DNA of 52,784 nucleotides from Perkinsus olseni (Eukaryota): NCBI GenBank assembly GCA_013115125.1, contig JABANN010000212.1, positions 1 to 52,784 of the forward strand, read 5' to 3'. Shown piece by piece: positions 1 to 11,044 of this stretch (position 1 is its first letter; each line of letters starts with the position of its first letter). The notes under the pieces were generated by a model. It saw only the letters and a program-made list of their open reading frames with translations, ran no database searches and was not told where the DNA came from. The position numbers and the translations under genes were made by a program.

Positions 1-946
1 GGCCATGGGGACAGATCGGCCACAATAATGTATTACAGTAGGCAATCATTGAAAAGGCGGTTCACTACAAAGTAACTTCGGCGAAGTTCGTAGGCTTCTG
101 TTGTTTTCTATTCTGGGCCCCAGAATCTGGGGTTACTCCTCTCTTCTCCACTGATCACGTTCTTGCAGTCTGCAGTCACGCCAAGGAGCTCGAGAACAGC
201 GAAGGCGGTTCTGCGGACTCCCTATCACTGTGGTGCACATGTGGTCCCAAGGCGCTTAAATGTGCTCACAATGGCCTTCACTCTTGTCTTTATATGGTCC
301 TAAGGCGCCTCGATGCTCCTTAGCCGGTTTCGTTGCGGCAACGACGTTGCCCTCGTCCGTCAGACGAGCTCTCCGTCTAAGCCTGTTGGTGAGATACACT
401 GTAGCTCACCAACAGGCCCCGATCACGAGAGGCATATCGTGGCTGCTACAGTATGTCTGTGGTTCGTTCTATCCTGACTCCGAGAAGCGTAACCGTCCTG
501 GTGTGTCCGCGAAGCGGAGCGTCTCAATGCGAAGCGACGTCGAGGTTCATACTATGCATCATCATCGTCGTCTCCGGCACTAGAAACCTAACGATTTCGT
601 GTGTTTGAGATGGACTTCAAGCGGTAGCTGGGAATACTGATGTTTGAAGATGAGGACTCTGGAAATTCTAGACTGGAAGTCGAGGTTGGGCTGGCCAGCT
701 GAAACCTTGGAGATGTGATGGAATGTTGCGAGTCGTCCCGATCTCTGAGACCGAGATGTTCTCATGGCTTTCAAGATGTTGCGTTTTTAGCTCCGTAAAC
801 CCTCTCGTAACTCTCGAGTGAACTTCTGCGGGCCGATTGTGGAGTCGCCTCAGGCCCGCGGTGTTTTAGTCGGAGAGTGTAACTCTCAGCTCTCTCTTTT
901 CTGAATCACAAATTCCGATGCACCTTCATAATAGCCTTCGATTTAG

Positions 947-1388
947 GTCTGAATGGTTGTAGCTTGAGGGCGACAGAAAGTCTCCAAGACGTAGTTCCCT
1001 TCATTCCAGTGGACAAGCTCATGTTCGAAACTGATGCTCCGTGAGTGGCCGTATCGGCTCTCATGATTATCAGACGCATGCTTGGGAAGGTACTGTGATA
1101 TTCGCCAGTCTCATGCCAGCTACAGGCATTTGGAGGGGAAGGAGGATTGGTGGTACCGTGGTGACACAGTAAAGAAGCCCGAGAAATGGGAGGATGGCAA
1201 ATTGGTGAGATGTCTCCCTCGAGCGAGGGCGTTGACTCTTGCCTGTTGGTCAGGTAAAGGGTCGTAACGAGCCCTGCTTGGTCGGGCAGGTGGCTGCAGT
1301 GGTGGCGTCGGTCCATCCAGCTGGCGAAGACGTCGTTGAGGCTGCGTATAACAACACTCTCCGTGTGTTTACCAAAATGCAAAGTTGA
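947..1388 (+). CDS. TatD-family DNase, 3' exons only (upstream exons not identified in the window)
   Basis: Spliced reading GLNGCSLR...DKLMFETDAP|YCDIR...|KGRNEPCLV...AAYNNTLRVF. ETDAP and RNEP are TatD motifs. Two short GT-AG introns; stop TGA at 1386-1388. Confidence 0.85.
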
Positions 1389-1493
1389 CTTACCCGTGAT
1401 ACAAGTTTGCGTTGTCTGTACTTACCCATGCGCGTGCCCTCTCAGTGGGCTTGTTTGAGTACCGACAGCGTTTGAGTCGGCCTACCTCTGTTG

Positions 1494-4400
1494 ATGTCCC
1501 TCCCCGACGGTCCCGGATCGCTCCACGCCATAGTGGAGCAGTTGGCCGAGGCGCACCCTGATTGGCTCGCAGTTGACGGCCTTGACGGCGAGCCTTGGTC
1601 CTACGGTCAGCTGTACTCGGCCTCTCTGCAGATGGCGGCAGCTCTTCGGAGTTTACTTGTCGACAGTGAAGCAACTGGTTACTCCCTCTCGGTTGGCGTA
1701 TGCGCCTCTCGTGGCCCTCGCTGGGTGGCCGTCTGCGTGGCTGCTTCGATGCTGGGGGTTCCCTTCGTCCCAATGGTCCAGGATTTGCACGCTAATACCA
1801 ATAACGAGGCGGAGGTCAAGAAGATAGCTGCCACTACTAGAGAGCGCAACACCGCGATTCTGAAGGATATAAAGCCAGCCGTGGTGGTGGTCGATGACAG
1901 CAGTACGCCTAGGGAGGTTATCGACCTGGCTGTCGGTGTGGGGACCAGCAAGGTCGCCCATATTAATTCGTTGCTCGACGGAGCGACGCAATCTGTTCCC
2001 AACGAACTGCAGCCCTTGCAGCCCGTGAAGAGGGAGTCCCCACTATGGTGAGCTCTGGTGGATCTACTTCGCTCCGCTGTTGATTCCCTCCATTTTCAGC
2101 CTCCTGTACACTGGTGGCACTACGAAAGCATCGAAATGTGCAGTGGTTTCCCAAGGCATGTTAGCTCACGAGTTCGTATCATATCCCATCATCATCCCCG
2201 ACTCTCGCCGAGACCTTCTGCTGGGAGGCCGCGACGGCCCTCGAGTGCTGCAGCAGTCCTCCTCCTATTGGGGAGCTACCTGCATTGGCCAGCTGTCCCT
2301 CTCTTTGGCGCTGAGAGGTTGCTTGGTGATGGTGGACACGTCATCTAGGAGTTCCGTTTGTGTTGGTATGGCTACTATGGATTTGAGGTCGATGATAACG
2401 CGGTTTAAAATTAATGTGGTTGGAGCTGTTCCAAGTCAGCTGGCCGCCACGACCCTCGACGAGGAGGTGCAGAAGAGTCTCCTCGCGGTCTTTACCTGGG
2501 GAGAGAAGCTCACGGCGCCGATTGGTGACGAGTGGAGCGCTAAGGTAATCCTTGACGCGACTAGGCAGAGAAATGACGGCTGTGGGGATCGAACCGGGGC
2601 GGCGGTTTTGAAACCGCCAGCGCGAAGCCCCGCCATCCAAGCGCGCAGCACGTACGACGACAGTCATGATAGTCTCTTCTGTAGATACCAATCCTCATAG
2701 AGCTGCTGGTGGCCACCGAGTACTGGCTCAGCATGTACCGGGTGGTGTCCCCCTCGGCCTCCAGTGGACCGGTGTTCACCGTCGTCCCCGGAGTGCGTGT
2801 CACCACTCTATCTGAAGACGAGGCCACGACCGGGCTCGCTAAAGGGGAGCTGCTCCTAGCTGGCCCTAGTGTCACCGAGAATGGATACGTCAATGAAGCC
2901 GACAATGAGGGGCTCTTCCTGCAAGCCGACGGCCGAAGGTTCTTCCGCACTAAGGATTTGATACAGGTGCAGCAGTGGAGGTCCGAGGAGGAGGGTGGCT
3001 CGGTGGAGACCCTAAGGTGGGTGACAGCCCGTCCTTGGCGGGGCATCTTGGAAGCCATCGATCAGGTATCTCGGGCGTAGCGACATGTTCATCAAGTTGG
3101 CAGGTCAGTGGGTTGACTTGGAGGTGTTGCAAGAGAAGATTACAGCACTGCCGTGTGTTAAGGAGGCGGTGCTGCTACAGCAACAGCAGACCTCACAGGC
3201 GGACGGTGGCGTTGAGGAAAGCCTAGAAGGAGTAAGATATCAAGATGATGGAGAGCGGACGGCTGTACATGCTTTTGTTATAATGAAGTAAGCGCCCTCT
3301 GTAGCACTGTTACGGTATGAGGGCGTGGCTCAGGCCCTTCCGGATGGCTACGATGGCGGAGGTTCAACGGCTTCTCCCGAGTGGCAACGTAGTCCAAGTC
3401 CACTGGCTTGCACTGGAAGCACTGCCCCGTCACACCGCCACCGGGAAGGTCGATCGTCGATCTCTCCTGGCCATGGTCGGTGATATAGATATCCTACCGC
3501 CTGCGACGGACGTGGAGGTCGAAAGATGCTTCGGTTACCTCGCCCGATGGTCCATCCTAACCGCGGCCATTGCTGTCGTCTACTACCTCTTCCTCGGCCT
3601 TTCGGGCATGTTCCTCGCGGCCCACTTTAATATGTGCTATTGGGTCTTCAACATGGTCAATGGCAACATCTGGGGGATACTTGGCAGGTGTAAGGAGCCG
3701 TACGTGGCTGATAAGCCCGGTGTCCGCCGTCTGCTTCGCTCCGCCTTGGCGTGGCTATTTTCGGCAGTGAGGTTTACTGCGGGGCAACTGAAGGGACTGG
3801 ACGGCTGGACGAGAAGCGAATGGGGCAATGGTGGTGGAGTTGTAGCCAGCTTCCTCCTCACTGGGGCCCTGTCGATCGTTATGAGCCTGATATCGTCTTC
3901 GAAGCTATGGTGGTTTACTTGGCGAGGGGTTGTTATGGTGTCCTCTGGCCTCTGGTTAGGGAGAGTCTTTCCTCGGCTTGATAAGCATTCCAGGGAGCCA
4001 TCGCTGATGCTACGATCTGTGCATGGTGTGGTACTGGTGGTGCAGTTCAACGTTCTTTGGTGGGCCACCATTGGCCGTAGCATCGAAAAAGAATCCTGGG
4101 TTGTGGATCGGGTCTCCGAGCCTGGAGCTAAGAGGTGGGTGCCATCATGGCTGAGGGATTGCTCAGTAGATCTACGCCTGTACGACAAGGCCTTGCGGAG
4201 GAAGGGAAGAGGTCGGCCCTCCTGTCGTCGTGGTGGCGCGGAGGAGTTCCTCATGGACAGCGTGAGTCGGGTGATGGCCTTTCGTGGATGACGATGATGA
4301 TGGTCGTCAGGTGTTTGTGTCCCCACGAGATCTGCGGCACTGTAGGGACAGGGGCGAGCTCGCGGAGGGGATGTTCGATAGGAGGGCGGGGGCGGGAGAG

Positions 4401-6667
4401 GGGAAGGCCATGAGCAGCTACGAGGAGTCCTACTACTACAGCTGGATGGACGGGGACGAGCCGACGGAGTGCCCTCTGCCACTGACGGTGCAGATATCAA
4501 CTCAGCAGTGGTCGGAGATGAGGCGAGAGGCGGTGGAGAACATCGACCGATGGTGGCCTGAGCAGGCGGCTGGACGCTTCGATGAGATGGTGATTGAGGG
4601 GGAGGGTTATGATATGGCAAGGGAGATGGTCGACGAGGAGGACAGAAGGCCGTCGACCAGCAGCAGCCCGGCGCGATCTGTAGGACAGCTAGAGGTGTCA
4701 GAAACTTCGACGACACCAACGCTTGGGGCAAGGGATGAGGAATCGACCTCAGAGAGCGAGGCTGATGACGACGAATGGTATGCCGGCGGTTGTGAGGAGC
4801 CATCGAGCGCACATCCGGCGACGGCCAGGGTACTCCAGGCTGAGGAGCAGATTGCTAAGAAGACCACCTCGAAGAATACCAAGTCGTTGGCACAGAAATT
4901 GGCCCTGTTGGTGGAAAGGCAGTTGGCCTACACCATCGAAGACTATGATGCCGAAGTGGTGTCCAGCATAGACTCGCTAGGGGCTGTCCAGCTGGCTCAC
5001 AGTATCAGGACGGAGCTCAGGATGGCGGGGCTCCTCACTGTGGGAGACGTACTCAAGTGTCGTAGTATCAACGACTTGGTTGCTGTTGTTGAGGGAAAGA
5101 GCGTCGCCGGGGCGCAGGAGGAGGAGAGGGAAAGTGAGGGGAGTGGGTGGTCGAAGAGGCTGTCGAGAGTACTGGATAAAGTCACTGGTGTCGACCCTGA
5201 AGGGCGCGGGCCGAAGTCCGCTGGTGTACCTGTCCAGATCTGGGGGTGGAACGGAGTTTGTGTTTGGATGCTCGAATGGCAGGGCGATGCAGACGAGGTG
5301 GACTTGCTGGCCCTGCAGTCAGCAGTCCAGGCGGTAGTGGCCCGGCAGGCCTCCATGCGGGTGAGTAATGACGTTGGTATCGGCTACTACACCTTCATGA
5401 ACGAGGCCCTGTCGGTCCAGGGGCTGGCCAAGTACATGGCCCTGAGCAGAGGTGGCCGCTGGTTCTCCTGGATCGCTGACGTCGCGTATGCTGTTGGTCG
5501 ATGGGTCCTCTGGCCCCTTTGGGGTCGGGTACATTTTTCTCCAGCGGTCGAAGGCCGGCCGGGTTCTGTCCGGATAAGAGAGTTCAGTTCTCGAGACGCC
5601 TTGAGGCGGTGGATCTACTCGGAGAAGCGGCATGGCTCTGGCTCACCCGTGGGCATCGACATTGTGCAACTGGACGAGAGCGATGACGGTTGTGGTCCTG
5701 TGAGGACCTTCGTCCGAGTCTTCGTCACCCATGCATTCTCTGACGGCTTCAGTGTCGTACCACTCCTCAGCGACCTCAACGAGGCCTACGCTGTTGCTCG
5801 TAGGGGTGCCCACAGAGGCCCCCGCAATCGACTGCTGCCGCCCCTCAGGGTCTCCGGGGCCCAGGTCCAAAGTAGTCGATTGAGGCGTACATTGATGGAC
5901 AGGGCCCGAGACGTCCATGGTGACACCCTCTACCCCTGCTACACGATAGATCTCACCACGGTGCCCCAGTCGGGCTTCGGACACTGTGTGAAGCTCCTAC
6001 CCTCCATCCACCTGGTACTGCAGAGTGTCGGTCGAAAGCTCGGGGCCCCTCTGGACGTGGCCTTGCTGGCGGCCATCGTCTTGGCATCGGTGAGGGAGAG
6101 GGGCTGGCGAAAGGTTGCCAAGGCGACCCTCGTGGTGCCCCTGAGGGACGGGCCTACTGAGCACCAGCTTGTGGGCCTGTTCGCTGACCTGAGGAATGTC
6201 GATATCCCCCTAGAAGATATTCCCGGCGATAAGGGCGAGCCCTGTGCGACGAGCGTCCTCAACTTTGTAGGCCCCCCGGGACCCCTGCTTGGAGTTCCAC
6301 TTTGTTTTTTCAGGTACTGACGCTTCGGCACATGGTCAAGTTTCGACGATGGACGATACCGACGCCCCTCAGCAGCTGCGAGAGGCTCCTTGTCAATCTC
6401 CTCCCTGCCCAGTTCCCCTCGGAGTCTGACGGTCCGGAGCGGTTCGAGCAGAATCTGCAAATTCTACCACTTCCTCACGGCAGCTCAGTGTCTGCGACCA
6501 GGGCCTTGGAGATTGCGTGTGACCAGACGAGCCGGGATTCCTGGGCTCTTCGGTTCAAGTGCCGCCAGCCGGACTACACTCGAGAGGATCTTGCCCGCTG
6601 GCTGGAGCACTTCCAAGGCGCCTTGAGGGATATGGTCGTCGACCCTATGAGACCGTTGTATCATTAG
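1494..6667 (+). CDS. NRPS-like multidomain protein: adenylation domain - multi-pass membrane region - acidic linker - carrier (PCP) domain - condensation-like domain; multi-exon
   Basis: A-domain motifs LLYTGGTTKASK, TWGEKL, GELLLAGPSV..GY, FFRTKDL, YLGRSDMFIKLAGQWVDL and LPRHTATGKVDR. Hydrophobic segments at ~3540-4080. Carrier motif IDSLGAVQL at ~4970. C-domain-like THAFSDGFS and GLFADLRNVDI. Introns include 2545-2684 and 4262-4310, plus ones starting near 2048, 3018, 3288 and 6267. Confidence 0.85.
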
Positions 6668-6848
6668 TACCGATTGTTTGATTAGAATTGAGTATCTGAC
6701 ACCTCTAGCTGTCCAGTGCGAGCAGGGCCATAGTTACGTTAAGTTGCTTTTCTTTTCCATCGCTTCGATTCTGCGTGTCCCTCACTGCCTTGCGTTGTCA
6801 TCAAACTCTTGAGGGGCTAGTCTCAGCGTTCCTCATCCCCTCATCCGA

Positions 6849-7724
6849 ATGGCAGGGCGTCGTGACTGCTCCCAGATCGTGGCGAAGTGCATCCACTACA
6901 GCGCAAGCGGCCTGCTCATCTTGCTTGGCGCCTTCTACGCTGTAACATCACTGTATTTCCTCTCACAAAGTATTGGCCATCCCTTGGGCACGGCCATCGG
7001 CCTCGGGTTCGGCCTTATCGTCTGCGCCACAGCCGTCGCGGGCCTCTTCGTGAATTCTAAGCGGAAAGTGTGGTATCTTTTATTACTGTTGCTCATGCAA
7101 GCTTTGGCGTATCTTTGTTTTTTCGCGGTCGCTGTGATCATGTCGATTTTCATGCCATCCCTCACTGGCATGGACCAGTACACTATGGCCCAGCTCAACT
7201 TCATCGCTGGTCGCGACGGCAGCTTCTACCGGGGCACGCGCACCGTCTTCCTTTACGTCTATAAGCATGCGGGCTGCTTTGGTGGGGAGTGTACGTTCCG
7301 TGATGCCGTAGATTCCTGCACTCTGGTGGAGTGCAACTCGTCCAAAGACCTGTCCAAGTCCCTCAACGACCTCCTAGGACGCCGCCCGATCGGCCCCGGG
7401 TATGGCAGTTCGATGAGCCTCTGCATGGCCTCTGCTATTGATGATGCTGATGTGGCTCAAGTGATGCCTTCATCAGTCAGCGTTTGGTGTGGTTGCAGTA
7501 CGGAGATCTTCCGGTACATGCGGTTGTGGTCGCCGTGGATTCTGGCTTCACTCTGGCTGGCGGTCTTCCTCCTCTTCCTCGTGGCTGCGACTACTCTGAA
7601 GACGATATTTATGAAGAGGATCCGATGGAGGGCAAGCGTGATTCGAAGTGTTGGACAGAGTGTCGGGCGGAGCGAAGGCGCCTCCATGGCTCAGCCTGAG
7701 GATGTCGAATTTGTTAGACTGTGA
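6849..7724 (+). CDS. Tetraspanin-like 4-TM protein (intronless)
   Basis: 291-aa ORF with three N-terminal TM helices, a Cys-rich large loop (CFGGEC...C...C...C...WC) and a fourth TM near the C-terminus. Confidence 0.7.
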   Translation: MAGRRDCSQIVAKCIHYSASGLLILLGAFYAVTSLYFLSQSIGHPLGTAIGLGFGLIVCATAVAGLFVNSKRKVWYLLLLLLMQALAYLCFFAVAVIMSIFMPSLTGMDQYTMAQLNFIAGRDGSFYRGTRTVFLYVYKHAGCFGGECTFRDAVDSCTLVECNSSKDLSKSLNDLLGRRPIGPGYGSSMSLCMASAIDDADVAQVMPSSVSVWCGCSTEIFRYMRLWSPWILASLWLAVFLLFLVAATTLKTIFMKRIRWRASVIRSVGQSVGRSEGASMAQPEDVEFVRL

Positions 7725-7987
7725 CTACGTGTAGTGTTATTAACCACTGTGTCCAGTGTCACCACTCCGTGTCACCGTTCAAACTGGGCCACTTAGAAAT
7801 GAAGATGATGCAGTAGTGTAATGTTTGTCTTATTTCGTTCTAACAGAGCAGGGTATGGGTCATGACATGTGACTTTACGGCCGGTAGGCGGCTGCATGGA
7901 TGAGTTCAAATCTTGTGTTGATCAATACTTGGCGGGTAGGGGTTACACAGCTTCTCTCATTGTACTTTATCCCACTCCTCCTCCTTA

Positions 7988-8812
7988 ATGGCTAGCTGCT
8001 GCGAGGCGTCGTCGCATTTCCTCAACTACCTAGCCGCGACCATCATCTTTGTCCTCGGTGGTTTGCTCGTGGCCGCCTCCATCTACCTCTTCGTCGCCTA
8101 TGCTGGCGCCCAGCTGATCAAGCAGTGGCCCCTCTGGATCATCCTGTTCGTTGGTGCTGCCCTACTCATCGTTGCACTGGTTGGTTGTGGCGCGACATAC
8201 AAGTACAACCGTTGCCTTCTCCTCTGCTTCCTCGCCTTCGCCAGCTTGATGCTGATCGTACTCATCGCGCTGTCTATTGCCGTCACCATCTACGGGGGTG
8301 CCATCCACTCCCTTGGAACCTCGGATACCCAACAGCTGCTCCACGTGACGGGTCAGGAGGCCACCGCCTACGGCTTGGTACGATCGTTCTACCTAGGCGT
8401 GTATGATCAGGCCCACTGCAGCGGTGGCTTGTGTGAGTTCCAAGGCCCCAACTTGGTGTGTTCTGAGGTCCGCTGTACGGTTGGGAAGGTCGGTGATGTC
8501 TTCTATAAGTGGCTACGCCATGGCCCTAGAGGACTGACGCCGGAGGTGTTGGCCGCCTGCCTGCGTGAGACGGCGCCTCATGCGACCACTGAGGCTGCCA
8601 GCGCCTGGTGTGTCAGCGACACCGTCATATTCGAGGCCTTGGGAAAGTGGGGATTGGCCTCTCTTATTGCCCTTTGGGTTATCACTGTATTTGTAGCATT
8701 GTTAGTAATCAGTAATACGACTGTCCTTTGCCGCAACAAACGTAAGAGGGAAGTCCATGCGCAAGCCGTACAGATTGAAGCTGTTCGAGACTTCCATTCT
8801 CTTAAAGTGTAG
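7988..8812 (+). CDS. Tetraspanin-like 4-TM protein (intronless), paralog of 6849-7724
   Basis: 274-aa ORF with tetraspanin-like GCGA...NRCLL between TM2 and TM3, and the same CxGGxC...WC loop pattern as the upstream gene. Confidence 0.75.
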   Translation: MASCCEASSHFLNYLAATIIFVLGGLLVAASIYLFVAYAGAQLIKQWPLWIILFVGAALLIVALVGCGATYKYNRCLLLCFLAFASLMLIVLIALSIAVTIYGGAIHSLGTSDTQQLLHVTGQEATAYGLVRSFYLGVYDQAHCSGGLCEFQGPNLVCSEVRCTVGKVGDVFYKWLRHGPRGLTPEVLAACLRETAPHATTEAASAWCVSDTVIFEALGKWGLASLIALWVITVFVALLVISNTTVLCRNKRKREVHAQAVQIEAVRDFHSLKV

Positions 8813-9208
8813 ATCTCTTTAATCCAGCAGGCCCTTGCTTGTCTGGCGATTCACCGCCGTTGCTGTTTGTGGCCTCCTTGCATGACAATACCGGCCCCTC
8901 TGCCGGGGTACTCGGGTTTCAGCCTGTGCGCTGATTCGTTGGCCATTCTGTTGCGTTGAAGTTGAGGGGCAGTGTCGCTGAGGAGGACTCTTTGCAAAGC
9001 GATAGGGCTAGGGATCCAACCGTCAGAAGCACCCCTGAGGGCCCTGTCGCACGCGTGCGCGTTGAGGTGTCCACGCGTACAAGGGGTCCAGTGGTACAGT
9101 AGAACGCTTCTTTGCGGAGCAACTTCGGAGCCATCCATGCCCATCACGCCTGGGCCGCGTGGGCACTTGTGATCGCAGCATTATTGAGGATATCCCTTCT
9201 CGCCTCCA

Positions 9209-10033
9209 ATGGCATTCGGAGCCGCAGCCTACCTCCTCTCTCGAAGTGCGTTCATCAACGTCCACTTCGTCTACCTCTACTGGCTCAATTTCATCTTTAA
9301 CGACCCATTTGGCATCGGAGGCAACACCATGGACTCGAGGGAGGTCCTTCCGTCTGAGGAATGTACACATTTTGATCCGAAGGCATTCGTCTCGAATATT
9401 GGGGCATTTCTGATCTTCTCCGCCACCCACTCTCTGCTGGCCAGAACAGCAGTGAAGAGGTTTCTTGGTCTGGAGGGTAAGCCCTACGAGCGGCCTTTGT
9501 TCGCCTTTCTGAGCCCGATAACGTGGTTCCTCAGCATCTACGGTTGGACGCCCATCGGTAACTGCAGTCGCTTTGATATCCTAAGTATTGGCCTGACCCA
9601 AGTGCTCATTTCTGGTGGGATATTCCTGCTGGCAAACCTCTACCTTCTGGGTCTCTTTTACGTCATGCCAGATCACGTCTTTGGCACTAGTCGCTACAAG
9701 TTGGCTGAGGGTGAAGAGCCACCGCACGAGCTGCTCACCACCTTTCCCTATAATCTGGTCCGTCACCCGGCAGCCTCCTCCTTCCTGTGGATGTACTGGG
9801 TCTTGCCAGCTTACACTGTGAACCATCTTCAGCTGGCTGCCTTGTGGACCATCTATATCATACCAGCTACCTTGTTGTTCGAGGAGGGCGGTTTAAGAGG
9901 GGCAGAGGGCGAGTTTGGCGACGCTTACGAGGAATACGCGAGCAAAGTGAATGCGTTTACCCCTAGCAAGCACGCCATCGCCAACGTCCTCGGCTGCCCC
10001 GTGGGCCAGAGAACCGACCGTAAAAGTGCGTAG
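9209..10033 (+). CDS. Nurim/MddA-like (ICMT/PEMT superfamily) membrane protein; additional 5' exon(s) probable, possibly from ATG 8882
   Basis: Multi-TM ORF with FSATHSLLAR, YNLVRHP, W..P..T.NHL..A...T.YI and EE..L....FG..Y..Y...V, typical of the nurim/MddA family. Confidence 0.7.
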   Translation: MAFGAAAYLLSRSAFINVHFVYLYWLNFIFNDPFGIGGNTMDSREVLPSEECTHFDPKAFVSNIGAFLIFSATHSLLARTAVKRFLGLEGKPYERPLFAFLSPITWFLSIYGWTPIGNCSRFDILSIGLTQVLISGGIFLLANLYLLGLFYVMPDHVFGTSRYKLAEGEEPPHELLTTFPYNLVRHPAASSFLWMYWVLPAYTVNHLQLAALWTIYIIPATLLFEEGGLRGAEGEFGDAYEEYASKVNAFTPSKHAIANVLGCPVGQRTDRKSA

Positions 10034-10473
10034 TAGAGTTTAATGGTGATTTAGATTTTTTGAGTCCCGTCTGTAGGTCTGGCATCCTGAACTTCAGAAG
10101 CCGGCCAGTAGTGGTGGTGTACGTGTTTTGTTGTTAGAGTCTGTCATTTCGTCACTTCTGATTATCTCTCCTTGGTAAATCGTCTCTTTTCCGCTGCTGT
10201 TGTGTTACTCGACGACAGAACCCTTGACTTGCAGTGGCGGCCAATGGAGAGTACAATCAAGTTGAGTACGCAGGTGCTATCCATCTTCATTTATCCTCGT
10301 AATACACAGCAGATTCGATCGCTTCCATGCGACCGATGTGATGGTGGTATCATGCGGCACGCACGAACAGTCAATTATTGGGCGAGCGAGAAACACCCAG
10401 TAACTTTCTCGAGGCTGCCACTGCGACGGCTGGGGAAGTGTGTGACTGCAGCGTTATTATTGTTGAGCTTGTA

Positions 10474-11044
10474 ATGGGAGGCAGACGTCTGCTCCACGGC
10501 AACTACTTCACACGTTATCTTTTTGGATCGCTCGCGGTCCTCTGGATTGCTGAGTATGCTGCTGCCTGTCAATACGGGGTACTAGAAGGCTCGATGAGAT
10601 CACGTCTCATGTTGACCCACTTTGTATCTTGCATGGTCGACCTTCAGATACCGCGCCATCGTAATCCCAACTGGATGTGGTCTTGGTGGCTTGAGAAGCA
10701 GAATCAGATTAAGAATGTAATTCTATTATCACTGACAACCTTCCCTCATGCGGTATCCTCAACCTATTCTGCCACGTGCCATCTTCAACCTATTCTGTCT
10801 TGTGCCACCTTCAACCTATTCTGCCATGTACCATCTTTAGGGTGAGATTCCCGCCAACACCCCGGGCTATGCCATGGTCAAGTGGAACAACGAAGCTGAG
10901 CAGAGGTGGCTCAAGACACTCAACGTGGAGGCTATGAATGAGGAGTAAGATATGCTGTCGTCTGTGTATCTTTCACGCTTCAACCTTAGATTCGCCCGTC
11001 GTCGTGAAGCTTACTACAAAGGGCATGGCCATCACGGCCACTAG
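10474..11044 (+). CDS. Small single-TM protein, 110 aa, four exons (10474-10578, 10648-10716, 10841-10944, 10990-11044)
   Basis: Three GT-AG introns join in frame to give MGGRRLLHGNYFTRYLFGSLAVLWIAEYAAACQYGIPRHRNPNWMWSWWLEKQNQIKNGEIPANTPGYAMVKWNNEAEQRWLKTLNVEAMNEEFARRREAYYKGHGHHGH*. Confidence 0.75.
10759..10836 (+). repeat. 26-bp minisatellite, 3 copies, inside intron 2 of the 110-aa gene
   Basis: Units tcaacctattctgccacgtgccatct / tcaacctattctgtcttgtgccacct / tcaacctattctgccatgtaccatct. Confidence 0.9.

Noticed and set aside
2596-2620. Possible tRNA-Sec (TTCAAA loop on the - strand)
   Set aside because: The stem-loop geometry is wrong for an anticodon arm, and there is no D-arm or properly paired acceptor/T stem.
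4262-4310. Apparent frameshift or two overlapping ORFs in the NRPS-like gene
   Set aside because: Explained by a 49-nt GTGAGT...CAG intron joining LMDS|VFVS.
3637-4812. 391-aa - strand ORF and other long antisense ORFs (e.g. 13381-14127)
   Set aside because: Shadows of GC-rich + strand coding sequence with no recognisable motifs.
10759-10836. CRISPR-like repeat
   Set aside because: The 26-bp units are contiguous with no unique spacers, sit in a eukaryotic intron, and have no cas genes nearby.
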